From IMG/VR virus record IMGVR_UViG_3300042331_000187: 20,000 nucleotides of DNA; one strand, 5' to 3'. This stretch comes from an uncultured virus (IMG/VR IMGVR_UViG_3300042331_000187). Lineage: Duplodnaviria; Heunggongvirae; Uroviricota; Caudoviricetes. This document shows, one piece after another, positions 6,332-14,409 of the stretch. Positions within the stretch are counted from its first letter, which is position 1, and every line of letters begins with the position of its first letter. A program made the position numbers and the translations under genes. Below the pieces are notes generated by a model. It searched no databases. It worked only from the letters and a program-made list of their open reading frames with translations, and had not been told where the DNA came from.

Positions 6332-8869
6332 TCAGTCGCCAGGGGGCACCCACTCCACGGCCTTGCCCTTGCGGATTACCTGCCCGCAATCCGGGGTCTC
6401 GGCCACGACGGACAGCAGCCAGGTGCGCACCTCAGCGGCAGGGGTGCGGCGCGCCGGTAGGCACCATGCCCTGATCTGCGCTTGAGGCACGGGCCGGCTG
6501 CCGTGACTGCGGCGCCACTCGCGGCCCTTGTCGAGCAGCCGCTTGATCGCCCCACCGGCACCTGTTCGCACCGGGCCGAGCACCTTGTCCCGCTCACGGG
6601 CGAAGAGGGCCGTGAAGATGATCGCGGCGCGGATCACGTCTTCAGGGATGGGGGTGTTCAGGCTCAGCCCTGCAGAGGCCTGCCTGATCGCGTGAATGGC
6701 CAGGGCAATGCGGAGGGTGGCGCCGCGCTGCTTGCCCCAGTACTGCCGGTCAGATGGATCGCTGGCGGCGAACTTGAACGACTCCGCCTGTCTGACCCAC
6801 TGCACCATCGTGGCCTTGGCATCCTCGGCCACGGTGATGATGATCGGCTCGCCATCTTCGCCGATGGGCAGCTTTGATGCGGCCGCGTCCACCTGCTTGT
6901 AGAGGTTGGTGATCGCGGGGGCGATTAGTACGGTCGAGTCCTGATAGTCATAGGCCCACTCGCCTAGGTCGAACATCAGGAAGCGGCTCCACAGTCCATC
7001 AGCGTCCGCCATGCCCTCATTGGCATCGGCGTCCGCTTTCCACAGGCCTTCGAGGCGTGCCGGCTGCAAGCTGCCGAACAGGGAGACGGCAGGGTTAGGC
7101 ACGAAGATCGAATCGCGCCCCACCCGGTCGGTGATGATCTGCTCCCCGGGGTATAGGCTGAGCCACTTCGCCCGATCGCTGCGGTTCGGTGCGCGGCACA
7201 ACTGGCTGAACCACCCAGCGAGCTCATCGTGCACGGCCAGCAGCCCCGGGTTGGATCCGTTGCTGAGGATCATCTCGATCCGCTCAAAGGTGGCATCGCT
7301 GACCAGCAGGTGCCGCAGCTCAGGTTGAGGGTTCTCCGCCAGGAACTGGGCCATGGGATCACCACCGGCGCCACCTGACTCAGAGGCCGCAGCCTTCGCC
7401 TCGCGCTCCGCCTGGGCCCGGCGATGCTTCCAGTCCGAGAGGGCATCAGCGTGCCGCTTGCGTTCTTGCGCCTGCCACGGCTTGAACGCCTGCATGGTGG
7501 TCGGGCCGGAGGTTGGCGACTTACCGGAGCTGGCGGTAGCGATGTTGGCACCCCATAGCACACAGGCCTCCTTCCATGCGTGGGTGGGCGTCATGGCCAC
7601 CCTGGCCCGGTTGCCGATGACAGAGCACACGCTGCAGAGGATCGGCAGCAGGAAACCGCAGGGCTTGAGGGTCTGCTCCTTGGCGTAAGTGTTGATGAAG
7701 CTGGCCAGGCCAGGCGGGAATGCCAGATCGATCGATGCCAGCTCAGCGGCCGCGGCCACGTCGCGGTAGTTGCGGATCTCAACCGCGAGCTCTTGGCGCT
7801 CGATGTCGTCGCCCTCCTCATCCGGCTCCAACTGCCACGGCGGCAGCTCCACCGGCGCATCAGGCGGGATGAACTGCTCGCCGTTGAGGGGTGGGGTTGG
7901 TGGGTCAGGCTTCGGCTTGGGCTTGTCGATCACGAACAGCGAGCGCTCGCCGAAGCTGTCGTGATCCTCGGTGCGGACATAACCCCAGGTGCGGCCATCG
8001 TGGCCGGTGACCGTCTCGCCCTTTTTGCTGCAATCAGGGGCTGATTTCGTCTCGCCGTGGCAACACCAGACCGAATCGCCGTCCTGATGGATGCTGCAGG
8101 CGCCGGAGTGGTCGCGGCCGCACATCGGGCATGGCTGCCGCTGACTGCTGTTGCGCCAGGTGCCGGATGCGCCGCTGTAGCTGCGCGGGCCGCGGGTGGA
8201 CTGAGGCGAGATTGAGCGTCGTGTTTTCGGCCGCAGTGGTCGATCGCCGCAGAAGACGCCCTGCAGCAGCGCGAACCATTCAGCCGGCAGCGGCTGCGCA
8301 TCGGCAGGTGGCCGGCCAGCCCAGGCATACTGATCGTCGTTGTCGGTGAAGTGAGATTCCTTCGTGTAGTGCTGGCCCAGCACCACCACCTGAGTGCCGT
8401 GCTTAGCAAAGACGGCAAACTCCTCGCCCTTGTCATCGGGCCCACCTTCGCCAATGCCGACCTTCACAGTCTTCCCGCCGGCGGCAAGGATGGCCTTCTG
8501 CTCAGCGGTGACGGTGTAGACCAGCTTCAGCCGGTCGCTGTTGCCGGTGCGCACGATGCGCCAGGTGTCGGCTGTGTACGGCTCGCAGCCATGCTGCTGG
8601 CAGAACGCCGCGGCCCTCGGCCCGTCAATGTCGATGGCGATGTGGCCAGGGGCGGCGCCGATGTGCCAGCAAACGCATTCAGGCGCCGTGGTCTGTAGCT
8701 CGGCCACGGGCACGCCGGCATGGTTCTCCCAGCCGTCACCAACGAGTGGCCGTTTGTCAGGCGCGCCAGGGAGCAACGGCCCGAAACTGGCGAGCATCGG
8801 CAGGCGTTCTAGGCGCCAGCGATCGGGCCCATAGGGGCCTGCCGCAGCGGCGGCTTGAGGTGTCTGCAC
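6332..8869 (-). CDS. Replication protein: AEP primase-polymerase, Zn finger and DUF3987/YfjI-type P-loop domain
   Basis: N-terminal KRPL...GW...IAIDIDG (prim-pol motif), then CPMCGRDHSGAC...WCCH, Walker A-like ATASSGKS, SDATFE, Walker B LLAVHDELAGWF, SLFGSLQP and DGLWSRFL. Confidence 0.88.
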   Translation of the reverse strand: MQTPQAAAAAGPYGPDRWRLERLPMLASFGPLLPGAPDKRPLVGDGWENHAGVPVAELQTTAPECVCWHIGAAPGHIAIDIDGPRAAAFCQQHGCEPYTADTWRIVRTGNSDRLKLVYTVTAEQKAILAAGGKTVKVGIGEGGPDDKGEEFAVFAKHGTQVVVLGQHYTKESHFTDNDDQYAWAGRPPADAQPLPAEWFALLQGVFCGDRPLRPKTRRSISPQSTRGPRSYSGASGTWRNSSQRQPCPMCGRDHSGACSIHQDGDSVWCCHGETKSAPDCSKKGETVTGHDGRTWGYVRTEDHDSFGERSLFVIDKPKPKPDPPTPPLNGEQFIPPDAPVELPPWQLEPDEEGDDIERQELAVEIRNYRDVAAAAELASIDLAFPPGLASFINTYAKEQTLKPCGFLLPILCSVCSVIGNRARVAMTPTHAWKEACVLWGANIATASSGKSPTSGPTTMQAFKPWQAQERKRHADALSDWKHRRAQAEREAKAAASESGGAGGDPMAQFLAENPQPELRHLLVSDATFERIEMILSNGSNPGLLAVHDELAGWFSQLCRAPNRSDRAKWLSLYPGEQIITDRVGRDSIFVPNPAVSLFGSLQPARLEGLWKADADANEGMADADGLWSRFLMFDLGEWAYDYQDSTVLIAPAITNLYKQVDAAASKLPIGEDGEPIIITVAEDAKATMVQWVRQAESFKFAASDPSDRQYWGKQRGATLRIALAIHAIRQASAGLSLNTPIPEDVIRAAIIFTALFARERDKVLGPVRTGAGGAIKRLLDKGREWRRSHGSRPVPQAQIRAWCLPARRTPAAEVRTWLLSVVAETPDCGQVIRKGKAVEWVPPGD

Positions 8870-8872
8870 GGT

Positions 8873-9037
8873 TCACGCCTTGGCGGCGAGGGCCTTGTCT
8901 GCCTGCTCGATCAGCATGCGGACAACGGCGCTGCGGGTGTCAACCCCGGCCGTGGCGGCGGCGATGCGGTCAAGAGCCTCGACGTGCCATGGCTTGACCA
9001 TGACGTTGAGGGGGGTGCTGCGGGCTGCGGGCGGCAT
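8873..9037 (-). CDS. Ribbon-helix-helix regulator (54 aa; absent from the ORF track)
   Basis: Hand translation: MPPAARSTPLNVMVKPWHVEALDRIAAATAGVDTRSAVVRMLIEQADKALAAKA. It shows a beta-strand/helix/SRS-like helix pattern and ends 3 bp before the primase start. Confidence 0.8.
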   Translation of the reverse strand: MPPAARSTPLNVMVKPWHVEALDRIAAATAGVDTRSAVVRMLIEQADKALAAKA

Positions 9038-9091
9038 ATGGTAGGGTTGCGCATAGGTTGTAGAACCTTAGCATACGCACCACCAGCCGCC
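9038..9091. promoter_or_regulatory. Divergent promoter region between the replication and recombination arms
   Basis: A 54-bp gap between divergent starts, with extended -10-like TGcTAAGGT (minus, hexamer 9070-9065) and TGgTAGGGT (plus, 9039-9047), plus short TAGG(G)TTG direct repeats. Confidence 0.55.
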
Positions 9092-10564
9092 ATGCCCTTT
9101 CAGCTCCGCGACTACCAGACCCACCTCGCCGATGCCGGCGACGCGGCCATGCTTGACGGGCGGCGGCCCTGCATGGTTGGGCCTACCGGCTGCGGCAAGA
9201 CCGTGATCATCGCCGAGCTGGTTCGCCGCGCCCTCGCCCGTGGTGAGCAAGTGGTGGTGATCTGCCACCGAGAGGAGATTCTGCAGCAGATCGTGGCCAG
9301 CCTGCAGGCGCACCTAGGCCCGCAGCAGGTGATCGCCATGGTGACGGCCGGCAGCCGCCCCCGGATGGATCGCCGGGTGGTGGTGGGCATGGTGCCCACG
9401 ATGGTGCGGCGATTGAAGCTGCTGGAGCAGCTGACGGGCTGCACCCTGCTGGCCGATGAATGCCACCACGCACCATCCCCCACCTGGCGCAAGGTGATCG
9501 AGGCGGCGCAGCCGCGGCGCTTTGGCGGGCTCACTGCCACGCCGGTCAGGCCCGATGGCAAAGGGCTGGGCGACGAAGAGATGTTCGATCTGCTGCTCAA
9601 TGGCCCGGAGGCCGGCGAGCTGATGGCAGCAGGCAAGCTTTGCCGCTACCGGCTATTCGCCGCCCCGCATCGGATCGACTCCAGGGGCATGCGCAAGCGC
9701 GGCGGCGACTTCACCACCGCCGACATGGAGCGCAAGGTGGTCGAGATCCAAGGCGAGATCGTCCGCGACTGGATGCAGCTCAACCCGAACCGTGAGCGGA
9801 CCATCTGCGTGGCGGTGAGTGTTCCGCATGCCCACCAGGTGGCGGAGCAGTACCGAGACCAGGGCATCGCCGCCGAAGCGGTGGACGGCGACACCCCGAA
9901 GCCTGAGCGACGGGGGATCTTTGAGCGATTCCGCCGCGGCCAGATCACGGTGCTTTGCGCCTGTGCTGTGATTGATGAGGGCCTCGACGTGCCGGAGGCG
10001 ACCTGCCTGCAGATCTTGCGGCCCACTGCCAGCCTCAGGCTGTGGCGCCAGTTGATCGGGCGGGTGCTCAGGCCAGCGCCAGGGAAGGATGCGGCGCTGC
10101 TCATCGACCATACGGACAACTGGCGCCGGCTGCCGCCGCCTGATGCGGAGATGGACTGGAAGCTCAATGCCGAGGTGCAGGAACCCCGCGAGAAGCGCGA
10201 GGCAGTGATTGACCCGGACACGGGTGAGGTGACGGAGGGCGAACCGATCGAGACGGAGGTGCACCAGACCGGCGCCAAGCTGATCGAAATCACCCCCGAC
10301 CTGCTGGCCCAGGCGCATCCTGTGGTCGCGCGGCGGCTGCTGAATGAGCGGTGCCGCTTGGAGGTGGAGCAGCGGGCCCCGGACCTGCGCCGCTGGCTCA
10401 ACTACCTTGACGTGATGGAGGATGAGACGTTGAAGGTGCTGGAGCCAGCGCTAGGGCTGCAGCCGGGCTGGGCCCAAGGGCAGATGATGCTGAGGATGCT
10501 GCTGAGCCCTGCGCAGCGGCTGGCGGCCACGAAGCGGCTGCAGCGGTCGTGGGGTGGGGTATAG
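9092..10564 (+). CDS. SF2 DEAD/DEAH-box helicase (ResIII/YejH-like)
   Basis: Q motif LRDYQ, GPTGCGKT, LADECHH, GLTATP, EGLDVP, LRPTAS and QLIGRVLR. The true start is probably ATG 9092 rather than 8855. Confidence 0.93.
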   Translation: MPFQLRDYQTHLADAGDAAMLDGRRPCMVGPTGCGKTVIIAELVRRALARGEQVVVICHREEILQQIVASLQAHLGPQQVIAMVTAGSRPRMDRRVVVGMVPTMVRRLKLLEQLTGCTLLADECHHAPSPTWRKVIEAAQPRRFGGLTATPVRPDGKGLGDEEMFDLLLNGPEAGELMAAGKLCRYRLFAAPHRIDSRGMRKRGGDFTTADMERKVVEIQGEIVRDWMQLNPNRERTICVAVSVPHAHQVAEQYRDQGIAAEAVDGDTPKPERRGIFERFRRGQITVLCACAVIDEGLDVPEATCLQILRPTASLRLWRQLIGRVLRPAPGKDAALLIDHTDNWRRLPPPDAEMDWKLNAEVQEPREKREAVIDPDTGEVTEGEPIETEVHQTGAKLIEITPDLLAQAHPVVARRLLNERCRLEVEQRAPDLRRWLNYLDVMEDETLKVLEPALGLQPGWAQGQMMLRMLLSPAQRLAATKRLQRSWGGV

Positions 10565-10584
10565 TGGCGGCAACTGCGCCCGCG

Positions 10585-10740
10585 ATGATGCCAGCAGCAA
10601 CCACTGAGGCGCGCAGCATTACGCTGCGGCTGCCTGTTCTACTGTTCGACCGCTTACGGGCGGCGGCAGCTGATGACCGGCGATCAATGAACAGCATGGC
10701 AGCGTTGCTGCTGGAGGCTGAGCTTGATCGCCGCAGCTGA
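10585..10740 (+). CDS. Arc-family ribbon-helix-helix DNA-binding protein
   Basis: ITLRLPVLLFDRLRAAAADDRRSMNS matches the Arc/Mnt pattern. A -10-like TATAGT lies at 10560-10565. Confidence 0.85.
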   Translation: MMPAATTEARSITLRLPVLLFDRLRAAAADDRRSMNSMAALLLEAELDRRS

Positions 10741-10794
10741 CCCGGCCCGCCAGAGCCGTGCCCAATCTGGCCGTCCTACCGCTCGATTCTGACC

Positions 10795-11373
10795 ATGCCC
10801 ACAGCACGCGGGGCTGATGCCGCCCCGATCGATGAATTGCTGCCACCGAATTGCGGCCCCACTGGCCAGCAACTGGCCGCGCTTGATGCGGCAGTGGCTG
10901 CCGCCTTCCCTGCGTTCGGCAGCCTGGCTCCGAACGACGTCGCCGACATTAAAGGCCGGCGTCACGCCTACCTGAACCTGCCAGGGTTGCTGGAGGCCGT
11001 CCGCCCTGCCCTGATGGCGCAGCAGGTGATCATCGCCAATACCATCAGCATCGTGCCGGGTGGGTTTGTGGTGTCCACCATGCTGCGGCACAGCGGCGGC
11101 GGCTGGCGACTGTCTCAGTTCCCGGTGCTGAGCCTGACCAGCTCCAGCGCGATCAGCGCTGCGGCCACCAGCGGCTTCAGGGTGAACCTGCAGCTGCTGC
11201 TCGGCATCTGCGCCTCCGATGAGGATGCAGCGCATGACGCGGCGCCTGCTGCAGGTCCACAGCCGTGGGAGCAGCCAGCACCGGCGGCGCCCGCCTATGC
11301 CGCTCCGCCCCAACAGCAGCCCTGGGCTGCCACTGCTCCACAGCCTCAACCCGATCCCTCCGCATACGTCTGA
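10795..11373 (+). CDS. erf: ERF-superfamily single-strand annealing protein (divergent signature)
   Basis: YLNLPGLLEAVRPAL...STMLRHSGGGWRLSQFP...LLLGICASDED follows the ERF layout. It ends in a P/A/Q-rich tail. Confidence 0.75.
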   Translation: MPTARGADAAPIDELLPPNCGPTGQQLAALDAAVAAAFPAFGSLAPNDVADIKGRRHAYLNLPGLLEAVRPALMAQQVIIANTISIVPGGFVVSTMLRHSGGGWRLSQFPVLSLTSSSAISAAATSGFRVNLQLLLGICASDEDAAHDAAPAAGPQPWEQPAPAAPAYAAPPQQQPWAATAPQPQPDPSAYV

Positions 11374-11375
11374 CC

Positions 11376-11882
11376 ATGAAGAGCGCACGTGTCAATCTCT
11401 GGAACGCCCAGCCGTCCCAGAACCCCAAGGCCCCGATCCTGAACGGTGCTGTCGAGCTTCCCGCCCAGCTGATCTGGGAGTTGTCCCAAGCGATGCAGCA
11501 GGGCCAAGGGTTGGAAGTCAATCAGCAAACCGGGGAGCAGTTCTTCAAGCTGCGCCTGTCCGTCTGGCGCGGCACCGGCGAGAACAACGCCCCGGTGCTC
11601 AATGGCCAGATCGAAAGCCCCAGCGAACGCGCCGCCTACCTAGCGCAGAAGGCGCAGCAGCAGGGCGGCGGGCAGTGGGGATCTCCTGCCTCAGCCCCAT
11701 CCCAAACGCCCGCCTATGGGCAGCCTGCCCAACAGCCTGCGCCTGCTGGGTATCCGCCAGCAGCAGCGCCGCAGCCTGCCGGGCCGCCAGCGGGCTACCC
11801 TGCGGCGCCTCCGGCAGCTGCTCCGCCAGCAGCAGCACCGCCGCAGTGGGGACAGCCTGCCCCCGGCGGATGGGGCGGCTGA
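11376..11882 (+). CDS. Probable ssDNA-binding protein with a low-complexity P/A/Q/G tail
   Basis: Lies between ERF and the exonuclease. It has a small beta-rich domain with an internal repeat (APILNGAVE / APVLNGQIE). Start is ATG 11376. Confidence 0.55.
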   Translation: MKSARVNLWNAQPSQNPKAPILNGAVELPAQLIWELSQAMQQGQGLEVNQQTGEQFFKLRLSVWRGTGENNAPVLNGQIESPSERAAYLAQKAQQQGGGQWGSPASAPSQTPAYGQPAQQPAPAGYPPAAAPQPAGPPAGYPAAPPAAAPPAAAPPQWGQPAPGGWGG

Positions 11883-12755
11883 TTGACCACCGATCGCCCA
11901 CGGATCGCCCTCCTGCCGCAGCAGGGGGGCATTCAATTTGATGAGCTCAGCCATCGCTACTGGGTGTGGTCGCAGCGCCGTGGGCGGTGGCTGCAGCCGC
12001 CCAGCTGCTCACAGGTGCTCGGCCTCTCTGGCGCCAAGGGCTTCAACCCCGAGCACTGGCGCCGCAAGCTGATCAACAAGGAAGGCATGCGGCCGGATGA
12101 GGCCGAGGCCTACATGGATCTACATCGCAACGGCCGCGCCGACATCGGCACCGAGCTCCACGCCCTGATCAGGCAGGAGCTGCTGAGCGTCGCCGCGCCG
12201 CCGGTGCAGTTCGCCGAGTCGCTGATGCTGTTGGCCACCTGGCGGCGGTTGTTCCTGCCGCAGATTGAGGAGGTGATTGCCTGCGAGTCGCCGCTGGCCT
12301 CACTGCAGTTGTTCTACACCGGCACGCCGGATCTGATCGCCCGCGTAGCCGGGCAGTGGCTGATCGTGGACTGGAAAACCAAGGTGAGCCAGGAGAAGGC
12401 AAAGCCCGATCAGGCGTGGCCGCTGCAGCTGGCGGGCTACGACCTGCTGGCCCAGGAGCGCTACGGCATCCGCTTGGATGGGGCGATGAATCTGATGGTG
12501 TGGCCTGGCGGCTGCGAGGAGGTGTTCTGGCCGCCTGAGAAGATGGCCGAGCTGCGGCGCCGCTACATCGGCCACGTCGCCTGGGCCCATGCCGTCAAGG
12601 GGGTGCGCAGTGATGCTGCTGCCACCGGCGCACTGGCTCATGTGTTACGGCTCCACCCTGAAGCGCTGGAGCTGGCCACACCACCATCAGGACATGGGGC
12701 GTGGACGGTGGCGCAGCTGCTGGGCAGCGATCACCCCGCTTTGCGTGCGGCTTGA
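11883..12755 (+). CDS. PD-(D/E)XK exonuclease (phage RecB/Cas4-like family)
   Basis: FDELSHRY, PSCSQVL, GTELHALI, ACESPL, YTGTPDLI, IVDWKT and LQLAGY. Confidence 0.88.
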   Translation: MTTDRPRIALLPQQGGIQFDELSHRYWVWSQRRGRWLQPPSCSQVLGLSGAKGFNPEHWRRKLINKEGMRPDEAEAYMDLHRNGRADIGTELHALIRQELLSVAAPPVQFAESLMLLATWRRLFLPQIEEVIACESPLASLQLFYTGTPDLIARVAGQWLIVDWKTKVSQEKAKPDQAWPLQLAGYDLLAQERYGIRLDGAMNLMVWPGGCEEVFWPPEKMAELRRRYIGHVAWAHAVKGVRSDAAATGALAHVLRLHPEALELATPPSGHGAWTVAQLLGSDHPALRAA

Positions 12756-12922
12756 CGCTGAGCGCGAGACTGCCGGCGCATGTCCTCGAAGAGCAACTGC
12801 CGCAGGTATCCGACCCTACCGAGCCCCCGCAGTTCGGCCTCGCGGTCAAGGTGATCCACCTGTTCGGCGGGCAGTTCAACGGAGATTTGCCGGTGTCCGG
12901 GTTTCAGGGGCCAGCTGGGCAT
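12731..12922 (-). CDS. Ribbon-helix-helix (CopG-like) regulator
   Basis: RQISVELPAEQVDHLDREAELRGLGRVGYLRQLL. It is divergent from the 12.95-kb promoter. Confidence 0.8.
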   Translation of the reverse strand: MPSWPLKPGHRQISVELPAEQVDHLDREAELRGLGRVGYLRQLLFEDMRRQSRAQRQAARKAG

Positions 12923-12950
12923 CGCGCTCTGTTCAGTGAATCTACTCTAG

Positions 12951-12982
12951 AGGGTACCGGATGGGAACCTATGAGGTAGGGT
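12951..12982 (+). promoter_or_regulatory. Promoter-like element, class II
   Basis: GGGTAC-N5-GGGAACC-TA-TG-A-GGTAGGGT, with the same spacing as the copy at 13627-13657. Confidence 0.65.
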
Positions 12983-12985
12983 ACT

Positions 12986-13146
12986 GGGGCCATCCGCACA
13001 CGCTGCTCCCTGACGATGCCGACCACTGCCCGGGCTAGGCGGTGGGTCTCAATCGGCCTCTGGTCTGTACGGGTCCCATCGAGGACTGCCGCTGGTTCCG
13101 GCTTTGTAAGGCTCAGGGCGGCAGCAAGCAACGAGCGGGTGGCTCC
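12986..13146 (+). ncRNA. Candidate structured RNA (about 160 nt, multi-stem), family unknown
   Basis: Nested stems 12986-12997/13135-13146 (12 bp), 13002-13013/13113-13125 (12 bp plus a bulge) and 13023-13030/13038-13045 (8 bp). All four non-Watson-Crick pairs are G-U on the plus strand. It begins just after a -10-like hexamer. Confidence 0.6.
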
Positions 13147-13157
13147 TATTCCGCGCC

Positions 13158-13625
13158 ATGATTGAACCCGCCTACCTGGCAGCACTGCGTCATCAGGTGC
13201 GCTGTGAACTGCTGCTGACGATGGTGCAGCTAGAGCAGCTGTGCCCTAGCTGGTGGGCTGACCTCAGCGAGATGGCCCAGCAGCTAGGCACCGATCGCGC
13301 ATCCCTGAATCGGTCGCTGACCAAGCTGGAGGCGATGGGATTGATCAGGCGCGAGCGGATCAGCAACACCGGCGGGAACTGGGTTTGGTGGGTCAAGCGT
13401 TGCGAGGATGACCAGCCGTGTCCAGACGCCGAGCCGGCGTGGAGGCTGCGCGATCTTCAGCGCGGACGAGTCATTCGCGTCACGATCCGCGGCAGGTGGC
13501 AATGGGCGGAGCGCCAAGGGATCCCTCGGGCAACGATGCAGAGCTTTCTTGGCGGCCACCAACGCACGATGAAAGGCCGCTGGCAGGTGGCAGGCAGCCC
13601 ATGGGATGACGAATCTGGCTGCTGA
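13158..13625 (+). CDS. Winged-HTH (MarR-like) protein with a second small C-terminal DNA-binding-like domain
   Basis: LSEMAQQLGTDRASLNRSLTKLEAMGLIRRER is a wHTH. The C-terminal WAERQGIPRATMQSFLGGHQRTMKGRW resembles NUMOD1-type motifs. Confidence 0.8.
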   Translation: MIEPAYLAALRHQVRCELLLTMVQLEQLCPSWWADLSEMAQQLGTDRASLNRSLTKLEAMGLIRRERISNTGGNWVWWVKRCEDDQPCPDAEPAWRLRDLQRGRVIRVTIRGRWQWAERQGIPRATMQSFLGGHQRTMKGRWQVAGSPWDDESGC

Positions 13626-13657
13626 TGGGTGCAAATGGGGAACCGTTGCGGTAGGGT
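13620..13657 (+). promoter_or_regulatory. Promoter-like element, class II
   Basis: GGGTGC-N5-GGGAACC-GT-TG-C-GGTAGGGT, followed by CCACTCGCC as in the class I leaders. Confidence 0.65.
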
Positions 13658-13682
13658 GGTGGAGACCACTCGCCATGTACCA

Positions 13683-13991
13683 ATGGGCCACCATCAGGCG
13701 CCCTGCGCGCCGCCCCCGTCACTCGACACCATCCGCCAGCAGCTCGACACCCTGCTAGCCCGAATCGAAACCGATCAACAGGCCCTCGCCGCCGAACAGG
13801 CCGCCGTCGCCCGTGCCACCGAAGCGCTGCACGAATCCCCGGCGCTGCAGGCTGCCCTATCCCAGGGCCAGGAGCTGATGCGCGGCCGGGTGCTGATGCT
13901 GATTGACCACCAGCTGGGGATGCTCAGGGAATCGCCTACGGCGGTGCTGCTGCGGGCGTTGCGGCAGCAGGTGAGGGAGGTGGAGGCGTGA
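13683..13991 (+). CDS. Hypothetical coiled-coil protein
   Basis: Helical L/Q/A-rich ORF. ATG 13683 lies downstream of the promoter, and the stop overlaps the next start (GTGA). Confidence 0.7.
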   Translation: MGHHQAPCAPPPSLDTIRQQLDTLLARIETDQQALAAEQAAVARATEALHESPALQAALSQGQELMRGRVLMLIDHQLGMLRESPTAVLLRALRQQVREVEA

Positions 13992-14281
13992 GCGCACCGA
14001 TCACTCTTTGGCGCCTCAAGTGGGGCGAGATCAAGCTCGTTGAATGCACCAAGGCCACCGCTTGCTACGTCTGGCCGGCAGATGATCACTGGGGCGGCAA
14101 AGAGGCGCGCCGATCTGATCGGCACAGCTACCACGAAACCTGGGCAGAGGCGTATCACACGCTGCTGGAGCGGGCGGAGAACAAGCTGGCCTATTGCCGC
14201 CGCGAGCTTGAACGGGCCCAAGGCAATTACGGCCGAATCCAGGCCATGAAACCACCGGCTGATGCGGAGGCCCAGCCATGA
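13988..14281 (+). CDS. Hypothetical phage protein (97 aa)
   Basis: Overlapping start/stop at both ends (GTGA, ATGA). Confidence 0.75.
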   Translation: MSAPITLWRLKWGEIKLVECTKATACYVWPADDHWGGKEARRSDRHSYHETWAEAYHTLLERAENKLAYCRRELERAQGNYGRIQAMKPPADAEAQP

Positions 14282-14409
14282 CCCTCTGCATCCTCGCCGG
14301 CATGGTCGAGATCATCGCCGTGTTGGTCATTGTCGGCACCGCCACCCTCGCCACGTCGCTGTGGTGGGCGCTGTGTGAGCGGTTGGTGGGGGAGGGGATT
14401 GATGCCTGA
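14278..14409 (+). CDS. Small single-pass membrane protein (43 aa; absent from the ORF track)
   Basis: MTLCILAGMVEIIAVLVIVGTATLATSLWWALCERLVGEGIDA. It has an ATGA overlap upstream and an 8-nt overlap downstream. Confidence 0.7.
   Translation: MTLCILAGMVEIIAVLVIVGTATLATSLWWALCERLVGEGIDA

Noticed and set aside
8855..9091. N-terminal extension of the helicase in the ORF track (569 aa)
   Set aside because: It overlaps the minus-strand RHH gene and the divergent promoter. The Q motif begins right after ATG 9092.
11883..12755. Cas4 / CRISPR adaptation gene
   Set aside because: The four-Cys Fe-S pattern is absent, and the context (ERF, SSB-like) indicates a phage recombination exonuclease.
13010..13060. 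Hammerhead ribozyme (CUGACGA matches the CUGANGA core)
   Set aside because: There is no GAAA core element after the following stem, and the CUGA is itself paired in stem P2.
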